DNA from: Mobula hypostoma
Lineage: Eukaryota
Assembly (NCBI RefSeq): GCF_963921235.1
Contig: NC_086097.1
Coordinates: 91,142,001-91,206,000 of the forward strand
Reading direction: 5' to 3'
Length of the DNA: 64,000 bases
This document shows positions 53,756-64,000 of this stretch, in pieces. Below the pieces are notes generated by a model, which had not been told where the DNA came from, did no database searches, and saw only the letters and a list, made by a program, of their open reading frames with translations. Each line of letters starts with the position of its first letter. Within the stretch, counting starts at the first letter, position 1. A program made the translations under genes and the position numbers.

Positions 53756-54992
53756 GCGCCTCTTCCTATAGATGCTGCTTGGCCTGCTGCGTTCACCAGC
53801 AACTTTGATGTGTATAAAGAACAGTGTCCTAATTTGAACCGGTACTGTTTTTTTAAATATGTATATTGATGCAATGCGTTATCTGGCGCTGCATGTATCT
53901 TCTCCATCTTATCAACTTTCGCCCACACTTTCAAAACTTTAAAATATTCAATTGCTACTTCAAATTCTGTAATCCAGGCAGTAAATACCTAGTGTATTAG
54001 CTGTCTCTCCACAATATACTGCAACTACAGGACCGTCAGAGGTGTGATGTGCACGACAGACAAAAGAATACACCTACATTTACATCCACCGGAAGTTTAA
54101 TCACTCCAAGGCTATTTCATCTGCTGACAGTGATAGCCGTGCCAATTTTGAATGCCAGCTGCATTGGGAAGTTTTCCCTTTTATGCCTTTGGTGTTTAAA
54201 TTTGATGTAAAATGGAACCCGATATAACTTGTTTCTTCCTTTACCAGTTTGACTTATTGGTGTCTAAAATCAGCAATGAGTACATATGTTAGGTGAGGTG
54301 GAAAAGTAGTTACGATCAGTGTTGACACTGTTTACTCTCAATATTGACAGGCTGCATAGGCAGCAGTTTCAACTCTGCACTAGTCAGCTATTTAATTTCT
54401 TATCCTCTCAATTCAGTACTTAGATTACTGACTTTCTTTGCTTTATTTATATTTTTCTTAAACTGTGAGCTGTGAAATGTCACTGTTCAAATGGATCAAT
54501 TTAATAACAGAGAATGTATATAGTATACAACCTGAAAATCTTACTCTTTACAGACATCCTCGAAACAAGAAATCCCAGAGAATGAATGTTAAAAACATCA
54601 GAACCCCAAAGACCCATCCCCCTCCTATGCACAAGCAGTGGCAGATGCATGGAATCCCCCCCCTCCATCCCCTACCATGCAAGAAATAACAAAAGCCCTC
54701 CAAAGAGATCTTGATTGAGAGTCCATCAAAAACTACACTCCGTAACCCAGCACTTGGGTAGCTCAGGCAGGCTCTCTCTGACCGGTGAGGGAGAGAGAGA
54801 GAGATCACTCCTGCAACAATGAAAGCAGAGACTCGCAACTCACTGTTCCAATGTTCCAATCTCCCACATCGCTCCTCCAAGCCCCTCGACTCAAGGACTT
54901 GTTCTAATGAGCACAATACTAATGTAATGCAAAGGTGAATGTTCTGATAGTCCCATTTGCCCACATCTGCCTTGTATCCTTCAAACACTTCC

Positions 54993-57900
54993 TGTTATGT
55001 TTTTTGTAACTTCAAAACATTTAACTATTTCAAAGGAAGAAGCATGAGGCCGAAATGTGTCTAACTTCATCTTTACTTTAACTGAGCCGTGTGATGCAGC
55101 ATGTAATTCACGTATTCAATCATAAGACCATAAGACAAAAGAGCAGAAGTCGGCCATTCGGCCCATCGAGTCTGCTCCGCCATTTTATCATGAGCTGATC
55201 CATTCTCCCATTTAGTCCCACTCCCCCGCCTTCTCACCATAACCTTTGATGCCCTGGCTACTCAGATACCTATTAATCTCTACCTTAAATACACCCAATG
55301 ACTTGGCCTCCACTGCTGCCCGTGGCAACAAATTCCACAGACTTACCACCTTCTGGCAAAAAAATTTCTTCGTATCTCTGTTCTGAATGGGCGCCCTTCA
55401 ATCCTTAAGTCATGCCCTCTCGTACTAGACTCCCCCATCATGGGCAACAACTTTGCCACTTTCACTCTGTCCATGCCTTTCAACATTCGAAATGTTTCTA
55501 TGAGGTTCCCTCTCATTCTTCTAAACTCCAAGAAATATAGTCCAAGAGTGGACAAACGTTCCTCATATGTTAACCCTCTCATTCCCGGAATCATTCTAGT
55601 GAATCTTCTCTGTACCCTTTCCAAAGTCAGCACATCCTTTCTTAAATAAGGAGACCAAAACTGCCCACAGTACTCCAAGTGAGGTCTCACCAGCGGCTTA
55701 TAGAGCCTCAACATCACATCCCTGCTCCTATACTCTATTCCTCTAGAAATGAATGCCAACATTGCATTCGCCTTCTTCACCACCAACTCAACCTGGAGGT
55801 TAACCTTAAGCATATCCTGTACGAGGACTCCCAAGTCCCGTTGCATCTCAGAACTTTGAATTCTCTCCCTATTTAAATAATAGTCTGCCGTTTATTTCTT
55901 CTGCCAAAGTGCATAACCATACACTTTCCAACATTGTATTTCATTTGCCACTTCTTTGCCCATTCTTGCAATCTATCCAAGTCTCTCTGCAGACTGTCCA
56001 TTTCCTCAGCACTACCGGCCCCTCCACCTATCTTTGTATCATCAGCAAACTTAGCCACAAAGCCATCTATTCCATAATCCAAATCGTTGATGTACAACGT
56101 AAAAAGAAGCGGCTCCAACACAGACCCCTATGGAATACCACTGGTAACTGGCAACCAACCAGAATAGGATCCCTTTATTCCCACTCTCTGTTTCCTGCCA
56201 ATCAGCCAATGCCCTATCCACGTATGTAACTTTCCCGTAATTCCATGGGCTCTTATCTTCTTAAGTAATCGCATGTGTGGCACCTCGTCAAAGGCCTTAT
56301 ATACAACATCCACTGCATCTCCCTTGTCTAGCCTACTTGTAATTTCCTCAAAAAATTGTAATAGGTTTGTCAGGCAGGATTTTCCTTCAAGGAAACCATG
56401 CTGAGTTCTGCCTATCTTGCCATATGCCTCCAGGTACTCTGTAACCTCATCCCCGACAATCGACTCCAACAACGTCCCAACCACCGATGTCAAGCTAACA
56501 GGTCTGTAATTTCCTTTTTGCTTCCTTGACCCCTTCTTAAATAGCGGAATGACATTTGCAATCTTCCAGTCCTCCAGAAACATGCCAGAGTCTATCAACT
56601 TTTGAAAGATCATCGCTAATGCCTCCGCAATCTCCACAGCTACTTCCTTCAGGACACGAGGGTGCATTCCATCTGGTCCGGGAAATTTATCTACCTTTAG
56701 ACTATTCAGCTTCCTGAGTACTTTCTCTGTCATAATTGTGACGGCGCACACTTCTCTTCCCTGTCACCCTTGAGTGTCGGTATACTGCTGATGTCTTCCT
56801 CAGTGAAGACTGATGCAGAATACTCGTTCAATTCCTCCGCCATCTCCTTATCTCCCATTACAATTTCTCCAGCATCATTTTCTATCAGTCCTATATCTAC
56901 TCTCACCTGTCTTTTACTCTTTATATACTTGAAATAGCTTTTAGTATCCTCTTTGATATTATTTGCTAGCTTCCTTTCATAGTTTATCTTTTCCCTCTTA
57001 ATGACCTTCTTAGTTTCCTTTTGGAAGCTTTTCAAAACTTCCCAATCCTCTGTCTTCCCACTAATTTTTGCTTCCTTGTATGCCCTCTCCTTTGCTTTAA
57101 CTTTGACTTTGACATCTCTTGTCAGCCACGGTTGCATCCTTTTACCATTCAAAAATGTCTTCTTTTTTGGAATATACCTGTCTTGCACCTTCCTCACTTC
57201 TCGCATAAACTCCAGCCACTGCTGCTCTGCCGTCCTTCCTCCCAGTGTCCCTTGCCAGTCATCTTTGGCCAGTTCCTCTCTCATGCCACTGTAATTTCCT
57301 TTACTCCACTGAAGTACCAACACATCGGATTTTGGCTTCTCTTTTTCAAATTTCACAGTGAACTCAGTCATGTTATGATCACTGCCTCCTAAGGGTTCCT
57401 TCATCTTAATCTCTCTAATCACGTCCGGTTCATTACACAATACCCAGTCCAGTACAGCCAATCCCCTAGTGGGCTCAACAACAAGCTGTTCTAAAAACCC
57501 ATCTCGCAGATATTCTACAAATTCTCTCTCTTCAGATCCAGAGCCGACCTGATTTTTCCAATCCACTCGCATGTTAAATTCCCCCACAATTATCATAACA
57601 CTGCCCTTCTGACAAGCCTTTCCTATTTCCTGCTGTAATTTGTAGTCCACATCACTGCAGCTGTTTGGAGGCCTGTATATAACTGCTATCAGGGTCCTTT
57701 TACCCCTGCAATTTCTTATCTCAACCCATAAAGTTTCTGCACCTTCCGATCCTATGTCACCTTTCTAATGATTTAATATCATTTCTTACCAATAAAGCCA
57801 CACCTCCCCCTCTGCCTACCTTCCTATCCTTCCGATACACCGTGTATCCTTGGACGTTCAGCTCCCAGAGACATGCATCCTTTAGCCACGTCTCAGTGAT

Positions 57901-58142
57901 GGCCACAATATCATACCTGCCAATCTGTAGCTGTACAACAAGATCATCCACCTTATTCCTTATGCTGCGTGCATTTAAGTATAACTCCTTAACACCAGAA
58001 TTTTGTACTTTTTGCTTTGATTGCACTGCAACTTTATTGCACTGCAACTCATCATCTACCCCATTAGAAATTATTTAAACAAACAAGAATGTTTAATCAA
58101 CAGATATATAGACAAGATTACTCAAATATTAAATACACAACA
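54993..58142 (-). repeat. 3' LTR (pieces ~54993-55123 and ~58051-58142) split by a CR1 insertion
   Basis: Both pieces align with 60530-60776; atcat duplicated at 55119-55123 and 58051-58055. Confidence 0.85.
55124..58050 (-). mobile_element. Near-complete CR1 ORF2 (APE endonuclease and RT), few frameshifts
   Basis: ORFs 57757-58047 (LYLNARSIRNK, ITETWL), 56730-57650, 56128-56751, 55873-56121 (KFADDTK) and 55343-55846; (cataagac)n tail. Confidence 0.95.
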
Positions 58143-58254
58143 CACCTCCCTGTTTATCTATAACTCCAACTCAATAGAGAATGCATCTCAACTTTATACA
58201 CAATGTACAACAAATATACAGGCATTCACAGCATAGTTAATTTTAAATTGTCCA

Positions 58255-58445
58255 TTTCAGGCCTAATGATTTAACTGCTGTGGAGGATTTCTTACTCATG
58301 TGGAATAAAGTCTTTCCTGACAAGGGGGATCACTTTGCTTGTCAGGTGAGACTCACAGTTGTGAAACAATTTCGGTGTCTGGGGCCCCCTGCGTGGTGAT
58401 TGCAGGAGTTGACTCTGAGACTGCAGAGAATGGTTCTGACAGCTT
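58255..58445 (-). pseudogene. Gypsy Pol C-terminal tail remnant
   Basis: LSEPFSAVSESTP...QERLYST*VRNPPQQLNH, resembling the RRYPxRxRxPPxRL end of Gypsy Pol; precedes the PPT. Confidence 0.65.
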
Positions 58446-59125
58446 TCTTCTCCTCTTCTCAGCTTTCTCTCTCTTTATCCCACTTTTTTCTTTCTCACAT
58501 TCCTTCTCTCTTTCATGCTCATCTTCTTTCTCTTTGTCTCTTCTTTTCAGCTTCTTGTACTTCCTTTTCTTCCTTCTCGGATGTGCATCTTGATCTTGGG
58601 AAGATGCATTTAGTTCACTGGAGTATTCTGTTATTAATCCTTCTACTGCTCCCTTTACCATCTGATCTCTCCTCTTGGTTTCCTCAGCCACAACAAAATC
58701 TGATGAATCCTCTGTTTCTGTGTCTCCATTGATTCCTTTCTTATTGGCCTTCCATTCATCCAGCTAGGCTTTGGCCTTTGCACCTAATTTTACAAGCAGC
58801 TTTTTATCTCTCATGTGATGTTCATGAAATAACCTTAAATCACACAGAGTAGATTCTGGTTCTTTATACTCACAAAAGTCAAATGCTTGCAACTTTCTTG
58901 AAGCTCCTTTATCTTTCCTCCAGTTTAAAACCATGCCAGAGTTTGCAAGAAATTTGCCGATTAACATATCAGAAGCTTTCTCAGGTATGTTGCCGATGAA
59001 AACAGTTGTAGTCAGACCACTGCTTTCATTACTTTCACAATTCCTCTGAGCAACATGGTCCTCCCTTGATCCAATATGCCAATATGCTTTCCAATCAGAG
59101 GCATAGAGGTTAGCAACAACAGACC
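58446..59125 (-). pseudogene. RBM25: Processed (intronless) RNA-binding protein 25 fragment: RRM and start of the Arg/Glu-rich region
   Basis: GKHIG.SREDH...GLTTTVFIGNIPEKASDMLIGKFLANSG...KLQAFDFCEYKEPESTL...KKLLVKLGAKAKA*LDEWKA...EETKRRDQMVKGAVEGLITEYSSELNA...HPRRKK matches recalled RBM25; one in-frame stop (58764-58766) and an 8-bp duplication ccaatatg (59071-59086). Confidence 0.92.
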
Positions 59126-59149
59126 ATGGTTCATGGTGAACAGCATGGA

Positions 59150-59480
59150 GACAGTTGCCGCATCATCCAGATACCTTTCTTAATTCCCTTTTAATTGACT
59201 CAATTAACAATTCAATGTGGCACGCAACTGATGGATAGATTTCCAATCATGTTGTAGCTGTCCCAGCCAATCATGGCTCTGCAATGCTGGTCCTCTAGTT
59301 TTTACCCCCTGCAAGCTCAATAGGTCCTTTTGGTTGCTGTATTTCACTGTTTCTCCAATATATGTTCTTAATTAGATATCTGCAGGCCTCACTTCAGCAC
59401 CTTTCAAATGCCATTCAACTCATTTTGTCGAATGACTTCCATTTTAATTAATTTGCTGTTCACTTCTGGTGTAAGCCATT
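59150..59480 (-). pseudogene. Gypsy aspartic protease remnant lacking the catalytic DTG
   Basis: WLTPEVNSKLIKME|VIRQ (expected LDTG absent) ... GPALQSHDWLGQLQHDW. Confidence 0.65.
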
Positions 59481-59565
59481 CTGTTTGTCTATTGTTAGAT
59501 TTCACATTGTTAGTCTCTAGGGTACCCAGTCATGCTTATTAGATTTTTCATCAACAGCATGCGGA

Positions 59566-60338
59566 TTAGTGCTCTTTTTTAAACTGCAGCTTGACTTTTT
59601 TAGCTTTTTCTCTTCGCTGTGCAGTCCATTTATTTTTGTCTGCCCGACATACTCTTTGTACGTATCCTACTTTGTTACATTTTCTGCAAGCTTCGCCTTT
59701 AAACCTGTATTGGTCTGGTGAATGTGAGCCCCTGCCACAGTGGTAACACAATTTGTTTGATCAGACCGGTTTCCATATGGACGTTGCAATTTTGTTCACC
59801 CTCATTTCCACTCCTGACCACAACTCAATTGTGTCTCTATCTACTGTTTCCATTGATTCAGCAATTTCAACTGCTCTCATAAATGTAAGTTGTGCTTTAG
59901 TTAGGAGCCATTTTTGAATGCTTCCTTGTAAGATTCCACAAACTAAATGATCTCTCAATGCATCATTAGGCCCATCACTGAACTGACAATGCTCAGACAA
60001 TCTCTTCAATTCAGCCACACATGCTGAAATGGACTTCTCTTCCTTTTGATTCCACTTATGATATCTAAAACATTCTGTAATCAACAATGGCTTTGGTTCT
60101 AAATGTTCCTGCATTACTTTCACAATAGCAGCAAAGCTCATTTCCGCTGGTTTGGTTCGAGCAATCAAACTTCGAAGCAAACTGTATGCTCATCCACCAA
60201 TTACATTCAGCAAAACTGGTACTCGTTTCTCAATGGTATTTCATTTGCTTCAAAATACTATTCAATTGTTGCAGTATACATGAGCCAGTTACCGATGGAG
60301 TAATCGGATATGTCAATCCTTCCGATGAAACCAGCCAT
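59566..60338 (-). pseudogene. Gypsy gag (degenerate, two zinc knuckles)
   Basis: MAGFIGRID start; ORF 59761-60180 (ELKRLSEHCQF...LRDHLVCGI); CYHCGRGSH...CRKCNKVG knuckles. Confidence 0.88.
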
Positions 60339-60529
60339 TTCTGCTCCTTTTTTTAATAAATATTAAACCCGGTACTCACTGTATATGAATTCTGCTGTTT
60401 TCTGTCTTTCATTTTAAACTTGATCATGTCTGCACATACTGCGCTATGTTTTTACTCGCCATTCCTCGCTGCACTTTAACGGATCAGTAGCCATCTTGGG
60501 TTCATTTTTTAAAAATACCTCATTGCCAA

Positions 60530-60776
60530 TGTTATGTTTTGTAACTTCAAAACATTAAACTAATTCCAAGGAAGACATGGGAGTCCGAAATGTGAGTCTA
60601 ACTTTGTGTTTACTTTAAGCAAAGCGAGCACGTATCACGTGGCAGTGAGATGACATATGTAATTCATATATTTATACATTTAACACATAATGAATTATTT
60701 AAATCAAAAGACTGCTCAATCTATATACACACAAACAAGATTATTCAAATATTGCTGTAATATTAAATACAGAACA
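60530..60776 (-). repeat. 5' LTR (247 bp)
   Basis: tgttatg...agaaca, adjacent to the PBS-like sequence; homologous to the 3' LTR and to the solo LTR at 11362-12073. Confidence 0.88.
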
Positions 60777-61699
60777 TTTCCTAACATGTTCTCATTCAAA
60801 TGTCTTGGAAATGTTAGCGTACCTGCCTTAGTCACTATCTCAGACAGCTCATTCCATATACATACAAACCACTGCATGAAAAGGTTGCTTTATGCTTCCT
60901 TATAAATCTTTCACCTCTCACCTTAAACCTATGACCTCTAGTTTTTACTTATCCTTCCCTGGGTAATCTCAATTGCCAACTCGGCTAAGATCAGCTACCA
61001 GCTATCAAAATTAACTTCTGGGACATTCCTGACCCATGTGGCTCCAACTTCACATATATTTTGACCCTAATGGGTTGCCATACTAAACGTAGTGATGTAA
61101 TATGAGAGGGCATTCTGGGAAGAAGACTTACAAGTAAAATAACTTACGCACATTTTGTTTCCTCTTTTGTGTGTTATTTATGTCCATCAGGCTTCCCAGT
61201 ACCACAAGCATTGGCTCAAAGGCCCCGCCAAGCGGTCAGCTGAGCTCAGTGCAGAGGTAGGAGTTTGTGTGTATAGATTCACATAGTACAGAAATAAATC
61301 CTTTGGCTCACCCAGTCAATATTTACACTAATCCCCATTTGCCCTCCCTGAAATTTCATCACCTTTCCTCATATTTTACAACTCATCTACACACTAGGGA
61401 CAATTTACTGTGACCAAATAACCTATCAATCAGCAAAAGCTATTTGGTATGTTAATTGGCCACAGAGCGCTTGGAGGAAATGCAACCCACCAGAGGTCAG
61501 GCCTGAACCCAGATTATTGGAGATATGAAGCAGCAGTCCTATCAGCTCCCACTAGCAAAATGTATCAATCAAAAATGAAAAATAGTTGAGTTATTTTGTG
61601 TTGGGACAGCATCATAAACTGGATGCATTACCTTTTGTTGTGTAAGCATTGCCAGGTATCACTATAAATTAATCGATAACAGCTGCAAGTGGAACTGAA

Positions 61700-62060
61700 A
61701 GGCAGGAGAAGAGACAAGCCAGGAGGTTACAGATTGTGATCATATACTCTTCTACTAATAATCCAGAGTCCCATGGATACGCAGATTTGAGTTGCCATAT
61801 CTGTTCTGAGATTATTTAGCATGATTGTCCTGCTATGGGCAGGATAGAGGATGCCTTCATTGTATAGCCAAGGGCTGTGTTGTGGACATCCCTACTCATG
61901 CTTGCATGGAGAGATGCACCTGCCTCAGTGAGGTTGCTGAGGATGAGGTCAAGTCCCTTTCCTCCTCCTGCTGTTTCATTCATTCCTCACTTCAGACTCA
62001 GGCTGGAACAACGTCCTCCAGGCCTCAGCTCACTTGAAGAGCTTAAGGCAGAGCATAATT
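61700..62060 (-). mobile_element. Old CR1/L2-type endonuclease remnant
   Basis: GKGLDLILSNL...MSRDVH and EEYMITICNLLA on the minus strand. Confidence 0.5.
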
Positions 62061-62156
62061 CACTATAGATGATGTTCAAAGATGTCCCTCTAGCCAGTGT
62101 ACTTTCTTATTTATTGAAATATTCCCCAGCTCATCTATCTCACAAGCTATTGTCAT

Positions 62157-63231
62157 CATAGAAACATAGAAACATAGAAACATAGAAAATAGGTGCAGGA
62201 GTAGGCCATTCGGCCCTTCGAGCCTGCACCGCCATTTATTATGATCATGGCTGATCATCCAACTCAGAACCCAGCCTTCCCTCCATACCCCCTGACCCCT
62301 GTAGCCACAAGGGCCATATCTAACTTCCTTTTAAACATAGCTAATGAATTGGCCTCAACAGTTTGCTGTGGCAGAGAATTCCACAGATTCACCACTCTCT
62401 GTGTGAAGAAGTTTTTCCTAACCTCGGTCCTAAAAGGCTTCCCCTCTATCCTCAAACTGTGACCCCTCGTTCTAGACCTCCCCAACATCGGGAACAATCT
62501 TCCCGCATCTAGCCTGTCCAATCCCTTTAGGATCTTATACGTTTCAATCAGATCCCCCCTCAATCTTCTAAATTCCAACGAGTACAAGCCCAGTTCATCC
62601 AGTCTTTCTTCATATGAAAGACCTGCCATCCCAGGAATCAATCTGGTGAACCTGCTTTGTACTCCCTCTATGGCAAGGATGTCTTTCCTCAGATTAGGGG
62701 ACCAAAACTGCACACAATACTCCAGGTGTGGTCTCACCAAGGCCTTGTACAACTGCAGTAGTACCTCCCTGCTCCTGTACTCGAATCCTCTCGCTATAAA
62801 TGCCAGCATACCATTCGCCTTTTTCACCGCCTGCTGTACCTGCATGCCCACTTTCAATGACTGGTGTATAGTGACACCCAGGTCTCGTTGCACCTCCCCT
62901 TTTCCTAATCGGCCACCATTCAGATAATAATCTGTTTTCCTATTTTTGCCACCAAAGTGGATAACTTCACATTTATCCACATTAAATTGCATCTGCCATG
63001 AGTTTGCCCACTCACCCAACCTATCCAAGTCACCCTGCATCCTCTTAGCATCCTCCTCACTGCTAACACTGCCACCCAGCTTTGTGTCATCCGCAAACTT
63101 GGAGATGCTGCATTTAATTCCCTCATCCAAGTCATTAATATATATTGTAAACAACTGGGGTCCCAGCACTGAGCCTTGCGGTACCCCACTAGTCACTGCC
63201 TGCCATTCTGAAAAGGTCCCGTTTATTCCCA
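62157..63231 (-). mobile_element. Young 5'-truncated CR1 LINE with an uninterrupted RT C-terminal ORF
   Basis: ORF 62264-63286 VTSGVPQGSVLGPQLFTIYINDL...KFADDTKL...NLWNSLP; perfect (catagaaa)4 tail. Confidence 0.95.
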
Positions 63232-63419
63232 CATATATAAACATCATATATAAACATCCCAAATGTCCCCTTGTGTCCATAACCAATTTATATTAAATCT
63301 ATGCCAATTTGTAAAGTTGCAGTTGTCATCTTCAGTAATGAGTGAGGAGTACACAAGTGAGAATATTTCAAAGACTGGAGAACTAGTATGTGCAGGACAG
63401 GAGGCAGCTATTTAATCCA

Positions 63420-63517
63420 AGCAACATACATCAAAGTTGCTGGTGAACGCAGCAGGCCAAGCAGCATCTATAGGAAGAGGTGCAGTCGACGTTTCAGGCC
63501 GAGACCCTTCGTCAGGA
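63420..63517 (-). mobile_element. ~98-bp Penelope end insertion containing a hammerhead motif (63484-63519)
   Basis: Exact 12-bp TSD ctatttaatcca (63408-63419, 63518-63529); intact CUGACGA/GAAAC-GUC core. Confidence 0.85.
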
Positions 63518-63804
63518 CTATTTAATCCATTCTCTTTGCGCTGGCTCTTTGAAAGTGCTGACCAATTAGTTCCACTTTTCTGCTTTTTCCTCACCGCTGC
63601 AATATATTGCTTTTCAAGTACATTTCAATTCATCTTTGACTGGTCTTGGTGATTTTGTTTCCGTCTGCCCTTTTATGATGTGCATTTTAAAACCCAGTCT
63701 GAAAATAAATCTTCAGATCTCTCTTTTGCTTCTTTTATTTGCTACTTATCAACCCTCCCAGCCAGTATTTCTTGCTAACTACTCCATCATAATGTTAAAC
63801 TTTT

Positions 63805-64000
63805 GGTAAGATGGCAGCGCGATCAGAAGCAGCGGTTTCTATGGGGCCAACTAAAGGTGTTACTGACATTTTTAAACACATTTTTTGTGATCACAAGACC
63901 CTGCTGGACGCTGAGAACTTAAAGTAGTGCAGGTCTATCCCATCAGTGAGTTGCTCGTTGGCAGAGAAGCTGAAGGAGCAGGACTTTGTGCAGATTAGGC
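63805..64000 (+). mobile_element. 5' part of the GGTAAGATGGC non-coding retroposon family (runs off the window)
   Basis: Similar to the reverse complement of 40900-41073. Confidence 0.55.

Larger units (their letters stand above)
52314..53813. mobile_element. Young Penelope-like element with ~600-bp inverted arms and GIY-YIG endonuclease coding region
   Basis: ORF 52867-53403 VIYCIRCSRCGLLYIGETRRRLGDRFAEH; exact 14-bp TSD ataaagaacagtgt at 52300-52313 and 53814-53827. Confidence 0.92.
54993..60776 (-). mobile_element. Non-autonomous Ty3/Gypsy LTR retrotransposon carrying a captured RBM25 cDNA fragment
   Basis: LTRs 60530-60776 and 54993-58142 (split by CR1), TG...CA; PBS-like tggcaatgagg at 60518-60528; PPT cagggaggtg at 58143-58152; TSD cttcc (54988-54992) / tttcc (60777-60781). 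Confidence 0.88.

Noticed and set aside
52163..53934. Recurring ORFs such as SPDEGSRPETST and LVNAAGQAASIG
   Set aside because: Spurious translations of the non-coding Penelope terminal repeat and hammerhead region
58353..58967. RBM25-like ORFs as exons of the functional RBM25 gene
   Set aside because: Intronless, truncated at both ends, has a stop and a frameshift, is substituted at conserved RRM positions and lies between LTRs

Overview
Eukaryotic, repeat-dominated DNA with no recognisable intact host gene. The repeat complement (abundant CR1 LINEs, Rex1/Babar, Penelope-like GIY-YIG elements, tRNA-derived SINEs, an I/Nimb-type LINE, RTE derivatives, Tc1/mariner remnants, Gypsy LTRs) suggests a vertebrate, probably a cartilaginous fish (inference only). 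The most notable structure is a fully bounded, non-autonomous Gypsy-type LTR element (54993-60776, minus strand; two LTRs, PBS, PPT, 5-bp TSD). In it the RT/RNase H/integrase region is replaced by an intronless fragment of the host splicing-factor gene RBM25, fused in frame to the Pol C-terminal tail. A solo LTR of the same family lies at 11362-12073. Self-cleaving ribozyme motifs are also present: minimal hammerheads in Penelope-like ends, and a twister-like motif at the 5' end of a short RTE-derived retroposon. All family assignments are by eye and recall, not by database search. Boundaries of degenerate repeats are approximate.
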